A DNA stretch of 64,000 bases from Zootoca vivipara (GCF_963506605.1 NC_083286.1:32674001-32738000), one strand, 5' to 3'; positions 12,187-32,806 are shown, counted from the first letter of the stretch. Translations and numbers: made by a program. The notes: a model not told the origin generated them from the sequence alone.

Positions 12187-13713
12187 CGTGTAATGATCAA
12201 GGACTCTTGAGTTATAGGCTCCAATGTCCTTCACTGCTGTAAACTGTTTGCTTTCTGCTCTCTGTTCATTTGCCCTTTCTCATTATTTCAGTCCTTGCTC
12301 ATAAAATCCTAAATCCAAAGAATGGAAGCGGAATAAGTTGGGCAAAATAAATCCATCTACATTTGCATTGGCATATGATGTGAATATATCTCTTTACCCT
12401 TGCCCTTGACACCTGAGATATATAAAGATGTTAGGAGCTGCCCCATTATTCTGATTAACTGTTTTAATTGATCGTAACACTGTTTTTTATGTTTCTCCAC
12501 CCTGTGAACTTATGGTAAAGGGTGGAAGAGGAGCAGAGGTGGATTTCGGGGAGTGTGACCGCTTCTGTCACACTGGGAACCAAGCCTCAGGGGAACAACA
12601 GTAGACTCCGGAACTTTAATTTAGAATGGAGCATGAAAAGGCGGGCAATTTTTGGCATCACACAAAATTTGAGATCCCAAGGTCTGCTACTGGGAGGAGG
12701 AGGATAGTAATAATAGTAATGATGATTTATTAGTCAGGTTCATCTGCTGCAATAAAAATAGCCAAGAGTCCCGTGACATCTTAAAGTTTAATAAATTTAT
12801 TTGGATTGCAAAATTTGGATGAAAGAATTTTGTTGTTCTTTGGGTCCAATGTATGCAGCCCTGAATATATGCTGCCTTTATTGCTTACTAGCTACAGTAA
12901 TACCATATACCTACTGATGTGATCATGTGAAGAAATGACCGATTAAGGAGGCCAGTCAAATGCAACCTAGATATAGGATTAAGCAGGGGGTTTAGCATCT
13001 GCAGCCATTAGGCTTTGGGATTTACCATCTTTAATTATTTTTTTCCTTGAGTGATACAGAGAGTATACGATAATCTCCAAATCCTTCTCCAGTCCATATG
13101 CATCCTGATCACTTTTCATTTGACAGGAAACCCAAATGCAGGTTTTTGTTAGCCCAGCCTAACAAAACAAAGAGAGAAATCGTACTAATGGCTGAAGTGC
13201 ATTGGCAGAAAACACACCTTTTTGGGGAAAAAAGAAACCACAGTAAAACATTTGTTTGTGGAGACAAATATAGATCAGAAGTGGGACTGGGGTGGGTGGG
13301 GAAAATGTCAGTCGATGTAAACAGACAGGACTGAAATTATTTCAACTCACCTTATTGAGGGAATAAAAAGAAGGGCTGGAGGAGACTTTAGAAGCATTCA
13401 AAAGACATTAATTCATATATGGCACCAACATTTTTACCTCTATAATTATAGGGGGGGACTGGTCAAAAGAAGCTGTTCTCTGCTACGAGTCTTCCAGAGA
13501 GCATTTAAAAAAACAAAACAAAAAAGCAAAATGATATTGAATGCAAAAGCATGAGAACTGTAGGCTTGTGAGAACCTGATCTCCCCACTGCCAGCTGGGT
13601 GGGATTTGAACCCTCTAAGGAAAAGAACACTATAAGCTCAGAGAGACTGCCATATTCTTACTAGTCATGTGTTCCACTGAAAACAGTTCCCAGGCTAACT
13701 CCCAAGGATCCTA

Positions 13714-14037
13714 ACAGTTAAGTCCAGTTGCAGATGACTCTGGGCTTGCGGCGCTCATCTCGCTTTACAGGCCCGAGGGAGCTGACGTTTGTCCACAGAC
13801 AGCTTCCGGGTCATGTGGCCAGCATGACTAAGCTGCTTCTGGGGAAACCAGAGCAGCGCACAGAAACAGTGTTTACCTTCCCAGTGGAGTAGTACCTATT
13901 TATCTACTTGCACTGGTATGCTTTCGAACTGCTAGGTTGGCAGGAGCTGGGACCGAGCAATGGGAGCTCACCCCGTCGCAGGGATTCGAGCTGCCGACCT
14001 TCTGTGGTTTAGACCACAGCGCCACCCGCGTCCCAGG
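13714..14037 (-). mobile_element. Sauria SINE
   Basis: Family sequence; 14-bp TSD TCCCAAGGATCCTA. Confidence 0.9.
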
Positions 14038-14726
14038 TCCCAAGGATCCTAGGACTGCATTTATGCTTTCTGGGGCCATCAATCCAGAAAGGAAAATATT
14101 TCCAACAAAAACCTCTCTTCCATACATGAATGCTTCAGTGACCAAAGATGCAAACACTTGCAAGTTTTACCCTTTTCTATCAGCACATTTTCACAGCTTC
14201 ACTGTTCTTTTTAAAATTCCCACATCTGTCTCCTCCTTTGTCAGAAGTCAAGACCTTGGGAAAAGAAAAATTACTAATAACAAAGTAGGCGAGATGTAAG
14301 TTGTCAGCAGTAAACCAGGCCAAAAATGTACGCTGACCGTCCTTCAGATTCTGCAACTGAATGTGTTATCATTAGAAAAGGTATTTGGTTTTAAACTTGC
14401 AAAAAGGATGTTGCCAATCGTATGCTGCAACGATCATCAAAATCCGCTTTCCGGATGCAAGTGTGAGTCCAGCCATTTTTAAGAGCCTCCTTGAAATCCA
14501 AATAAAGTGGACTCCAGCATGGTAAGCAATTTGGGAACTGCTGCGCGGGCATTTCTTCACCAACTAGCATTGTGCAGAAAAATGAGCTGTAATGCAGCCA
14601 TCTCAAAGCAAAAACAAGAGATGGGTTGATTAGGTTAGGCTGGCCTTTTCCTACTAGCATTTTAAGCTTAAAGGAGCACATCAGTTGAAGTCTTGCCTTG
14701 ACAGAATTGAGTGCACAGCTACCATC

Positions 14727-15610
14727 CAACATAAGAAGAACTATGCTGGATCAGACCAATGACCCATCCAGCCCAACATCCTGTTTTCACAGTGGACAGT
14801 CAGATGCCCATGTGAAGCCCACAAACAGGATTTCCGTTCTCCCCAGTAATGAGGCATATTCCCTCTAATAGCACAGTCATCATGGCTAGTAGCCATGGCC
14901 TGATCTTCCACAAATTTATCTAAACCTCTTTTAAAGCCACCACTGCATATTGTGGGAACAAATTCCATCGTTTAACTATGTACTGCGTGAAGATGTACTC
15001 CCCTTTGTCTGTCTTGAGTCGACCAACGTTCACCGAATGTACACACTACACCTTTAAAGCACATTCAAAGTCCACTTTTTTTCTTCTTCAGGTGAATTCT
15101 GGGCACTGTAGTTTAAGAGTTGGCAGGAACAGGAGCTCTGTGAGGGTATTCTTTGAAGGAAAGAATATAGTATTTTGGAGGTGCTTTAAAGTGACAGTGT
15201 GCATGGTTCACAGATTCACCTTGCTTTCTAGTACTATGGAAGAGAAACACTTTTTCTATCCACTTTCCCCACTTCATGCATAATTTTATACACCTCTACC
15301 AAGTCGTCTTACTCACCTCTTAACTAAAAAAAACCCTGAAATGCTGCTGTATTTCCTCATAGGAGAGTTGTTCCTGCCCAATGATCATTAGGGTTGCCCT
15401 TTTCCTGCTCTACAATAGCCTTCTTGAGGTGAGGCAGCCAGAACCGTACCAAAGGTCACCTCACCATAGATTTGTTATAATGAAACTCTGATATTGGCAG
15501 TTTTATTTTCAATCCCTTTCTTAATAAGCCCTAACATGGAATATGACTTTTTAAGCAACATCTTCAAGTTCTCCACGATGACCCCAAGGTGTTACTTCTG
15601 GTCAGTCACC
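14727..15610 (-). mobile_element. Degraded CR1-type LINE 3' region (interrupted)
   Basis: AACATAAGAAG...CTGGATCAGACCAATGACCCATCCAGCCC tail and FKRGLDKFVED-type RT C-terminus on the minus strand. Confidence 0.6.
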
Positions 15611-15639
15611 ACCGGATCTCCCATTGTTTCCCTGGATCC

Positions 15640-15960
15640 GGCCTATACCCGGAGGACTTAGGGCGGTTCACAGAATAAAATCAAAATATAAAACCACAAA
15701 ATACATAATCAAAATAAAAACAACAACCCAACAACACACACCCCGGGAAAAACCACATTTTAAAAGGGCATAGGGTGTCCATCAAATCAACCAAAGGCCT
15801 GGCTAAAAAGGAAGGTTTTCACCTGGCGCCTAAAGGTGTATAATGAAGGTGCCAGGAGAACTTTCCTGGAGAGAGCATTCCACAGACAGGGAGCCACTGC
15901 AGAGAAGGCCCGTTCTCATGTTGCCACCCTCTGGACTTCTTGGGGAAGAGGCACATGATG
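15640..15960 (-). mobile_element. L2-type LINE 3' fragment
   Basis: GGGCCTTCTCTGCAGTGGCTCCCTGTCTGTGGAATGCTCTC (RAFS..AP.LWNAL motif) followed by an AT-rich tail. Confidence 0.6.
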
Positions 15961-17518
15961 ATCCCAGGGTTTGAGTAGGTCCTTGTGGTTCTTAACTCCC
16001 ATTATGCTGGCTGGGGCTGATGGGAGTTCTGGTCCAATAATATCTGGAGGGCACTGCATTGAAAGTAGTCTACACATTGTCTGAGCCTGGAGGTGTCACA
16101 GAGCCATAATGGCGACGCAGCATGGTACCTCACACAAACAGATTCAATATGGAGGCTCTTCGCAATGGTAAATGACCCACCTCTTCTTTTCCTTTTATTT
16201 TGCCTTGCTGACATCTCTTTGTCTACCCACCTGGAATCCTCTTGCCAGGCATCAGCCAAGAATGCTTACAGTAAAACCATGTAGCTGGCCAGTGTGAAAT
16301 TCCACAACTTTTACGGGTGGTATTAAAAAGAAAAGCATAGGCAGGGAAGATAGTATCTACTTAGATCCTCCTGACAGAAAACTGTTTGGGGAACAACACT
16401 GCTATTTGAACAGGAATTAAAGATACAGAATGGTTAGGCAGTAGTGCTTCTTTGCTCCCTTAACAGAGGCAGCCAATGTCCCAATCCTCTCTGGTTTTAC
16501 ACATTCAGCAAGAAGTCAGAACATGTTGCACAACTCAGAAAACCTTGTCGACCAGGATTACATAAACGTTGAAGAAGACCCGAAGACACCAGCCGCGCTG
16601 CCTAATGCCTGAATGATTATACACAGCCTACATTTACATCCAGGGAATGGCAAAGGCCCCAGGTTTTATGGTTTTCAGCATGGATAATTCATACATGCGA
16701 CTAGCACCTCCTCAGGCGAGCAGAGGTGAGAAAAGCTCTGAATAGAGAAAGCTGGTGACACATCAGGACTGAAGATCCCTTCATGCTAAACACTTTGTGA
16801 AGTGCAATAGCCTTCACACATCACAGCTGCTGAAGATGAAACAGGTACACGTCCTTTTAATGTGGCTGTCATTTTCATACCCGCACATCTATGCCATACT
16901 TACTGAATTGGTTTTTGGGTACAGACTACAAAGCCATCACACCTCCAACATTCCCCCCTTCTTGATAGAATATTGTTTTCTGACCACTTGTGTTTCCATA
17001 AGTAGCCATAAAATACTGTCAGGTTAGTTCCTGGTGTTGTGTCTTACACAGATACATACAGCACAATCTTAACAATTTCTACTCAGAGGTGAGTTCTATT
17101 GAAAGACAGGTTTTTCCAAGTACTGTACTACCTGAAGCTGAGAGATTGGAACTGGGACCTTCGGCATGCCAAGCACAAGCTCTTTCCCCTTGTTTTAAAA
17201 ATTATTTCTGGCCCCCATTGCAGGGTGGAGAAAAATTTAAACCAGGCCACAAGCTATCTGAGCCAAGAAAAAATAGAGTAAATGTGTCTCTGAGCAAACA
17301 AACAGTCTTTTGAACAATTTTAAACAATGGAAAACAACCTAAGTAAATCTGGGGGTGTTTTGAGGAAAGCAGGGTTTAAAGCAGCAATCTATTATTTGAT
17401 CAAAATCAGTACAAAAGACCCAGGACACAACCCATCCTAACGGAAGTACCGGTATTGTATGAAAAGACTGGCATAGGGAGCAATAGAACCCCGTTACATC
17501 CATTTCCCCAGCTGGCAC

Positions 17519-17553
17519 ATGCGCACGCGCGCGCGCACACACACACACACACA
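17519..17553. repeat. (CG)n(CA)n compound microsatellite
   Basis: Alternating purine-pyrimidine run. Confidence 0.85.
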
Positions 17554-18468
17554 ATGAAAGGTCTGTGTGTCCCTCTTCCCCTCTGATCACTCCCTCTCAT
17601 TTGGTTCTTGAGTTATAATGCGTAGGCCCTTAAGAGCTTAGGTAACAGCACAGAACAAGTATGGTATTCTCAACCATAACAAAGTTTTGTAAATGTTATA
17701 TTCTACTATGCAACAAGCATTTTGTAGGCATAATCTATATACAATTGAGAAAAAAGCCGAGCAAAATTCCCCAAGTTTGAGCTAAATAGCACACTCAGAC
17801 GTAGCTATTTGTCCAAATCTTACACCTGTTCAGGATCTCCCTCCCCCCCCCTTACTACCAAGGGAACAGTTCCATTTGAGCCAGGCTAGCATCCTGCTCC
17901 TGTGCTCTAAGACAGCTTCTGTGCAATCCTGCTCCGAAATGTGCAATGAAATCGGTATCCTATCCTCCAACCTGCCTGGTTGCAATTCTGTCCTCTCACT
18001 TTGTGTAGCCTCCTTTCAACACGTTCTGCTTCTCTGGCCATGGTGGCCCTTGCACTTCTCCATTTATTATGGTTGGGAAAGCTGCTCCCCTGATTAGGCA
18101 CAAGGATACTTCAAGAGCGCAAATAGGCAGCCATGTGCCAGGCAACACCTTATGGTTTATGGTGCCGTTAAGACACCAGCCACTTGAGCGTGTAGAGCAG
18201 AACATCTGTGCTGCTAGGCTCATGGGCCTGTGTACTATAATCCATCTTGTATTTGTGTTCTGATAATGGTTTTGGAGTGCACTGCATGCAACACATGACA
18301 TTGTGGACAAAGCACACCTGCTGTATATCAAACAGTTTCTGTCTGCTTAATCTCTCTGATGCTGCAGCTTTACCATTGCACAGGTATAGCTGTACCTTGG
18401 GCTGGGATATATAGCAGCTGGCATCCAAGGCAGGTCGGCAACTCCTTGACATTAGACAGAAATGGAAC

Positions 18469-19612
18469 TAGAGATGTGAAGGCCCGGGAAAAAACCAGAA
18501 AAATTCGGGGGGGGGCAATCGGGGTTTTTCAGTTTTTTTTTTCTTGAAGCTTTTTTTTCTGAAAAATAAAAAATAGATTATGGAATGTTTTATTTCAGAG
18601 GTGGCAAACTCCCAAGGGACTGTGATCTACTCATAGAGTTAAAGACTGGCAGTGATCTACCAGCTCTTGGGGGGTTCAGGTCAAAGTTGAGGGTTTTTTT
18701 AAGGAAGGGAGAAGGCCCATTTTTAGGGGTTCAGGTCAAAGTTGTTGAGTTTTTTTAAGGAAGGGGAAGGCCCATTTTTTTAGGGGTTCAGGTCAAAGTT
18801 GTTGAGCTTTTTAGGAAGAGGAAAAAATGTTGAGCTTTTTTGAGGGGAGCAAAACTTGTTGAGCTTCTTTGGGGGGAGCCGGTGATCTACCACAGATGTT
18901 CAGTGATCTACCAGTAGATCACGATCTACCTGTTGGATGTGCCTGTTTTTATGGGGTTCAAATATTTTATAAATCATTTCTAAAAAAAATATGTAAGGTA
19001 TCAGATTATTCTAATTTCTGTGAGGACAAGCAAGTCCTAGGTTACAAACTGAACTCTCCAATGCAAGAACAAGATACAGTTCTTCCTTTAGGAGGTGCTG
19101 TTGTCACCAGAAAAGAAAAAGGTTTCAGTTTTGTTTTTGCATGCATGTGGTATGCATTGGTTCTGTTCCTCTTCACTAGGCCTCAAATCACTGGGAGAAA
19201 ATATAGAGCAACAAAAAAGGCCTGAAAGTATATACACCTGTACTGTACTTAATTTAAAAAGGTTAGGGTTACTTCTGGATTTTTGAAAATTGTTTTGTGG
19301 AGTTTTCTTTGTTCCACATAAACTAGGAAACAGTTCAGGAGATTGTTGCTCAATTTGTTACAAATACAAATAAATATTATTTTAAAAGTAAATTCTGTTT
19401 GTATTAATTGTTTGGATAACTATTTTAAATATGCTAGTTGTGATAATTTTATGCCCATTAAAATTGTCCATAGTTATATTTTATGTTTCTAAAGTAACAG
19501 AATGACTTTCAATCTGGAAAAGAAAAAAGAAGTGCTAATGTAGTATTTTTTTCAGTTTTTCCGAAAATTTCCATTTCCCCCCGGAAAAATTTCTGGAAAT
19601 TTTAAATCTCTA
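18469..19612. mobile_element. Non-autonomous hAT element containing a second nested hAT (~18596-18945)
   Basis: TIR TAGAGATGTGAA / TTAAATCTCTA; perfect 8-bp TSD AATGGAAC. The inner element has GATCTAC subterminal repeats and three ~55-bp tandem units. Confidence 0.8.
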
Positions 19613-20455
19613 AATGGAACATCAAAATATTAATCTTGGTTTGATATGTATAAGAGTGAAAGGCCACAGCAAGATGCTGCTGACAATCCAAGGATAAATG
19701 TGGAACAGAATACTTTACTGTCATTGCAGATTACTTCTGAAGAGTCAAATAAACCTGCATTACATTGTCTCAGTAAATCAGTAAATAAAATAGGTTGGTC
19801 TCAGTCTCCTATGCAAGCTTCAATCGGTAATTTAAAGGAAATTTCATAAATCTATCCAATTTACTCAGAACTCTGTCCCACTGGTTTTAATAGGCTTATT
19901 TCCTACTAAGTGCACAAAGCCTTGTAGCCTTCAACATGGCAGCATGTTAAAGTAAGTCATTTTAAGATTCCAAGTAAAAGGTAATTATCTAAAACCAAAT
20001 ATGGACTATTGTGTTCTGCCAAAAATCATTTTTTCCTTAAAAGGCTAGTTTTCTCCCTTTTTTTAATAAGCAAGCCCAGCAACATAAGCATCAAGCAAAA
20101 ATTGTCATTTAACTTTTAGTTATGTCAATACTTAAAAGAAAGTGACACACTGCTGCACAAGTATTAAAGAACTGACTCAATGAATTTTAAAGTGTTGCTA
20201 ATATGTAGACATTCCTTTATACCGCTTTCATTTCTGTGGTTCAGAATGGAACCAAATTCTTCTGCAACTGAGGCTGCAATCATATACAGACCAATTAGAA
20301 ACCACACTTGTACAAGACCAGTAAGAAAAGCCACATAAAAGTTAAAACAGCCCAACTTGTACAAGACAGAATTTTGCTGTGAAATTACTTCCATACTACA
20401 AAAAGCTGAACTACTATGAAAAGATTCCTCAGAAACATATTGTCAAATGAAAAGT

Positions 20456-20461
20456 TTTATT
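20456..20461 (-). terminator. polyadenylation signal AATAAA of RPS23 copy A
   Basis: tttatt on the plus strand just past the copy A stop codon. Confidence 0.75.
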
Positions 20462-20486
20462 ATAGCTGAATGCAGCATCACAGATA

Positions 20487-24002
<3,516 letters not shown>

Positions 24003-24048
24003 CTTCCTCCTCCTGCTGCAGCTGCCACCGGTTCGCCCGAAGGAACCC

Positions 24049-24065
24049 GAGAGAGAGAGAGGGAG
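24049..24065 (-). promoter_or_regulatory. 5'TOP-like pyrimidine tract of RPS23 copy A
   Basis: Minus strand reads CTCCCTCTCTCTCTCTC ~47 nt before the ATG. An alternative TCT-like CCTCTTTC lies at 24171-24178. Confidence 0.6.
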
Positions 24066-24731
24066 TGAGGATGACCCACAACCCACCGCGGTAGCTTCTA
24101 GCTGACGACCTCACACGGAGCGTCTACTTTCGCGCCTGTCTCCCTGCCTTCCGAAACGCCTCACTGAGGTGAAAGAGGTGGCTGTGAAAACGAAGCGCCG
24201 GGTGGGTGCCGAAAGCTGAAGGGTTTGTGTATGCGTGTCAAGAAATAACTTGAAGCTCTACTGATAAATTAGGAACGTGCAGGTTGCGGGAGGGGGAGAG
24301 TCAACTTCCGGCTTTAAACAAATGTGGCCATATTGGATGGCCTAAGAGGCGCTCTAGCCATAGCTTCTCCGTGGTGGAAGAGGCCACAGGGTACCACGCG
24401 CGAGAAATAAACGCGTAAAGGAAAGGCGGAAGTAGCGATCAGAAAACCGGCTGCAAAGTCTTCCTTCCTCTGTAACACACACACACGTACACCCCATTAC
24501 GTATAAGCACAGAAAAGAACGATGTGTGTGGTCTTTTCCTTTTAATATCTGAGAGGAGGGGTCGGTAGAGATGGCGCGGCCTGAGAACTACGACTCCCAC
24601 AATGCATCGCGCGGCAACCGCCATCTTTTGCCAACCTGCTCAATCCTTTCACTCCCCGGTTAGGCACTGGCTTAGGCAGCCCATTCCCGAGGTCCTCGGA
24701 GCGGGGTCTCTGCGCCGCGGTGGATTGTGGG

Positions 24732-24749
24732 CCTTTCTCTTTCCTCCTC
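24732..24749 (+). promoter_or_regulatory. 5'TOP / TCT-initiator tract of RPS23 copy B
   Basis: CCTTTCTCTTTCCTCCTC 20 nt before the ATG, typical of ribosomal-protein transcription starts. Confidence 0.8.
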
Positions 24750-24768
24750 GGGATCATCCGACGGCACG

Positions 24769-27942
<3,174 letters not shown>

Positions 27943-27966
27943 AGTTATGTTGTTATCAAGATGATC

Positions 27967-27972
27967 AATAAA
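27967..27972 (+). terminator. polyadenylation signal AATAAA of RPS23 copy B
   Basis: AATAAA 25 nt after the stop, followed by U/GU-rich sequence. Confidence 0.8.
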
Positions 27973-28970
27973 GTTTTCTTCTAAGAAATACTTTTGTGGT
28001 TTTTAAAAAAAGGGTTTTGGCATTGTACGTAGATTGTTTAGAAAATGAAAGTTCAACATCTCCAGTATCTTTTCTTTAATTAAGGAAGTCATTATTGGGC
28101 TATGGGTAGGTACATCCTGCAAGCGTCCCAGGTTTTGTTTAGCAGAGCTTAAGAAAGATTGTCTTAAAATATGTTTTATTTCCAAAACAAATATTTTATC
28201 TCCCTAGTTCTAGGGTTTGAGGCATTTGTTTTATGGCAGAAGGCATGACTTGATTAATCACTGCCATAAATTTGTATTCCAAATAACATAGCTCCTGTTT
28301 AATTCTGAGCATCAGTGATGATCAGACAATGAGTCCATCTAGTTAACCTTCCAGTTTCTAACTACTTTCAGCACACTCAGATGACAAGTTAACTTGCCAC
28401 TATGGGGACACTTGTGTTTACATTTTTTCACTTGCTTTGCATACCTGCATTTGAATAAAGTTATAGGTAACATTTTAAGATCTCATGTCTCTGGCATTCG
28501 TTTTCACTGTTTGGTCAAATGAAAAGAATTGCTTTATTTACTCTGCCACAGATATTTCCATTTGTTTGCTCTTCCCAGGTCTCCAAAACAAATATCTCAA
28601 CAGTTTTTCACTTAACACAAGAGTCCTGCATGATCAGACTAAAGGCCTATAGTCCAGTATCCTGTTCTCACAGTGACCGACCAAATGCGTATGGGGAGCA
28701 ATGTACAGTACTCCTCAAACTGCTAGCTGTGGAAATGCAGTAATGGCACAGGCCATTTTAAAAACACAGTACTGTATGCTAACCAAGCAGAAAGTTTTTT
28801 TTAAAAAACAAAACACCATGCATAGTGAAATTCATTTGGACCCATACTATCATGCCTGAAGCCATAATAATGTGTCTTTTGGGGATGATACTTGCAGATA
28901 AAGTAGTATGTTTATAGATGAAGTAGCATCTGGGGCTCGCTACCAGTTCTGTGTTTTGATGTAGCTGCAG

Positions 28971-29321
28971 GTAAAGGTAAAGGGACCCCTGACCATTAGG
29001 TCCAGTCGTGACCGACTCTGGGGTTGCACGCTCATCTCGCATTATTGGCCGAGGGAGCCGGCGTATAGCTTCCAGGTCATGTGGCCAGCATGACAAAGCC
29101 GCTTCTGGCAAACCAGAGCAGCACATGGAAACGCCGTTTACCTTCCCGCTGTAGCGGTTCCTATTTATCTACTTGCATTTTGAGGTGCTTTCGAACTGCT
29201 AGGTTGGCAGGAGCTGGGACCAAGCAATGGGAGCTCACCCCGTCACAGGGATTCGAACCGCCGACCTTCTGATCAGCAAGCCCTAGGCTCAGTGGTTTAA
29301 CCACAGCGCCACCTGGGTCCC
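28971..29321 (-). mobile_element. Sauria SINE
   Basis: Full length; 21-bp TSD TGTGTTTTGATGTAGCTGCAG. Confidence 0.93.
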
Positions 29322-32300
29322 ATGTGTTTTGATGTAGCTGCAGATGTCCATTGATAAATGGAAACTGCTTTGATTCTCTAGCAATCATATATAGAAAACC
29401 CTTGTGCCTTTCTTTCAACCTTCAATCAAAACAGAAGCACAAAGTCCCCTCCCCACCCACCCCTGCCATAAAAGGATTTTTGCCATCCATTTTCTGAGAC
29501 CCTTGTCAGCTCTTGGTTTCTAGTCTGTTCGGTAACTTCAGGTTTCTATTTGCCACCACAACCAGCTGCCCTGAAAAAGGGTTCCAGCAGCACCCCCAAA
29601 CAAAATTCCTGTTTATATTACTGCATTTTGGGGATTCCAAATCTTGTAACATTTGCAGAAGCAAAAGTATTAGATCATAACAAGTAGCATTTATGTGAGC
29701 TGCCAGCTGGCCCAGGAAGCCTTTGCTTCAGAAAAGTGCAGGGAGTCTGAGCTTGGCAACCAATTTTAATAGGAGTCATCTCAAAAGATTACTGATTACC
29801 TGGATGTGTGCATATTCTACATACTGTATAAAATTTAGGATTCCCCAACACCCATGTTTCTAGGAGAAAGCAATGGGGAGCTTTTATTTAATAGGGTGCT
29901 GGAAATAAGAGAAAAGCATTTGGCAACTGCGGAGGAAATGTAAATATGTGAAACTAAAGCTGTCCTCCTTCACGGATGCAATCACTATATTGATGGCAAG
30001 AGTTAGTACACTTCCAAAGAACAGAGTAAATCAGCTTACGCTTTCAGTCTCTCAAGTAAATGCATCTTCTAATGCAATTTATGAAGAGGCTGCTCTAACT
30101 GCTGCTATATTAGGCGTAGTAGTGGGAATCGTTTCTTATGTTATCCTTTCCTTCGTCAATCCTTAGCCAAAAGAGATGCACCATTGCTGTTGAAAACTGC
30201 TCACTCATCAGAATACAACCCCAAAGAATTGTCTGCAAATGCCAGCGTTTACTGGCATGTTGGCAGTGAGCCGTCTTTCTATCAAGCTGCTTGCTCTTGA
30301 TTAGGACACCATGTTAGCAGAAGATAGGGTCATAGACGATGTTCCACACTGGCGGCACTATGGCTCTAGAGATGCTCTTGTCTTGGAGAAGATGAGGGGG
30401 CTATCCCGCCTCAGATATGTATCTGAAGGTAACAGACGGTCTGTTCCAGTACGGGCTTGCTTTTCGGTTCAGCCTTGGCAGCTGCATGGGAAATCCCTCC
30501 ACTTGGCCCGTCTCTTGAAAGCTACTCTCCTTAGATTATTCCTTGCCAGGAGGTGGTTTCAATCTGCACACAACCTGGCAGACACTTCCTCAGCCAACAG
30601 TAGCAATACTAAAACTTGAGTACGGTAAATTTATGTGGCTTAGATAATCTTGCATTTGCTTTTTGGTGGTTGTTGAATTCTTACCAAAATTGGGAAGCAA
30701 GGTTTTATAGTCTTTACAGAATGGAATATTTGGAAAACAAAAGAGGGGGAAGCTGTGTGTTAAGTCTGTGAGTGATGAACTCACGGTTATTTGGCTTCAT
30801 AATGTAGGCCAGGGATAGCCAACATGGCACCCTCCAGATGTTTTTTGGACTAAAACTCCCATCATCCCCGACTATTGTCCATGCTAGCTGGAGCCGATGA
30901 TAGTTGTAGTCCAAAACATCTGAAGGCCTAGCGATCAACGATCAGCTTTACAGCATTTGTCTACTCATTAGTAAGTCCCACTAAGTTCAGGGTGACTTTC
31001 TCCCTGGCAAGTGAGTAAAGGATGGCAGCCTTAACTTATCGCCAAGTTCAGCATATCTGCTCCAGACAGAACCATCTGCAGCCAGAGAAAAATGTTGGGG
31101 CTGCCCTCCCTCACTTTCCCTAGGGTTGTTTTTTTAAAAAAAGGTCTGTGTGCCCTGATGGAAGGCAGAGGTGAGGGCCAGGGAGTTGGTTCCTTCTGCT
31201 CCCCCATAGACCATCAGTCAACCTGAGAAGAGTCTATCTCTCTACATCTCATACCATTTCTTTGTTTTCCTGTTTGAAAATTGGAAGATGCCTTATGTGC
31301 CTTGGCAGAAAGGTGATTTGTAGTTGTAGTAAATATATAACCACCCACACGTTTTCCAAGGGACAATGATGTTTGGGAAACCCATCATAAAAAGGTACTT
31401 TCTGCTACGGTAGTGTTGAGATACCAACCACTATTTGATGGGACAGTAACTCTTTATCCCATGCTGATATTGCTACATCTGGTGCAGCGGTAATCAGAAT
31501 AGGGTAAGATTTTTTCTAGTGTTCCAACAAGTTGTACTGTTCATGCCTTGGTTTTTTAGCAGGTTTGTTGTTGTTATTTTACTGTTTTAATTGTGCTTTT
31601 ATATGCTGTAACCTACCCCCGGGAGCCTTCTGTTGACAGGTGGGGAAGAAACGCAATAAAGAACAGCAATAAAAAGAAGGCAACAAACAGTTTCTTGAGA
31701 ATTCATTCTGATATATTTATGGAGAGGTTATATGATGCCACACCAAATAACTGTTCCCACATTTGCCAGTGCAGTTTCCCAGCACTTTCCTTACTGCAAA
31801 AAGTCTGGAGCTTTCTTTTTCTTTTTCAGAATTTTTTGGGGTGTGTGTGTGTATGAGTACCAAATTCACTTGAATAATATGATATGTATTTGCCAGTAAG
31901 CAATCAAAGCTCCTCTGCAAAATACCAATGGTCTGGAAATGGCTAAAGAACATCAATCAAGCCTTTTTCTCAATCTGAGCAGTACAAAATTCTAGGGGTT
32001 CAAGGTACGCTTTTCCCAGGCTCTATGGTTGCTTTTGGAAAATATGTTTATTTACACATATATACAACCTGAGCTTACAACAGAAGGGAACCCAGCATTA
32101 ACACCCCAAGAGGTCCTGTATTGATTCTCCCATAGCCCACAGCAGCCTTGGACTTAAGCAGTCGCTAATCGTTGCTCTCAAAAGTTGCTCTCTGACTGCT
32201 TACAAACTCTGTTGCATACTCCTAACAAAACACTCTAACCTAAAACACTGGCATTGCCTTTTAAACTATGGGTAGATCTAAGCACAGGAAAAAAGCCACT

Positions 32301-32806
32301 ATAAATAAGTCAGAAATTAAATTGTTATAACGAAAGGGGGGGGGAACACTATGGAAAATTGATTGGAAATTTTATTTTGCTCTCCATTGCCATGTGATGT
32401 ATGTTTATAACGCATTTAAAACACAGGTTTTTTTTTCTAATGTAGCTGAGTCCTATCTCTCAGCTGAAGGATGGAGGGAGCCCACTCATTTGCAAACAAG
32501 TTTTGCCCCTGATGCTCTGTGTTGTCTTAATTAGCCTGACTAATTAAGCTTTTGACACTTGCCGATTTCCTAGGATTAAAGAGGTGTCTGATGCAGCATA
32601 ATACACAAATGTCTTGATTTGATTTTAATATGTGGGAGTCTGGCACACAGTTTTAACACAAAAGCCTTAATTAAATTCTAACACTAGCTTGATTCAGAAC
32701 TTAGGGTGTCTTGCACCCACAACTCATAACAATAGATTAGCCTTGCTAGTGATTATTTAAGTTTTTTCAGGAATTTATGCTTATGAAGGGATTTATAATT
32801 ACAACA

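Larger units (their letters stand above)
24003..24768. promoter_or_regulatory. Bidirectional CpG-rich promoter and 5'UTRs shared by the two RPS23 copies
   Basis: CpG-rich. ZNF143/SBS-type motif GAACTACGACTCCCACAATGCATCGC (24585-24610); YY1-type AGATGGCG (24569-24576) and CCGCCATCTT (24618-24627); ETS/GABP-type ACTTCCGG (24304-24311) and GCGGAAGT (24426-24433). Confidence 0.8.

Noticed and set aside
18670-18870. ~55-bp tandem units resembling an array
   Set aside because: Internal repeats of a nested hAT element with no unique spacers; eukaryotic DNA, not CRISPR.
28306-28390. Possible C/D-box snoRNA (GTGATGA) near RPS23-B; the RPS23 introns were also scanned by eye
   Set aside because: No properly placed D box, terminal stem or rRNA guide, and the site is not intronic.
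30311-30619. 102-aa ORF downstream of RPS23-B
   Set aside because: No recognisable homology, splice context or promoter. It cannot be supported as coding, though a search was not possible.
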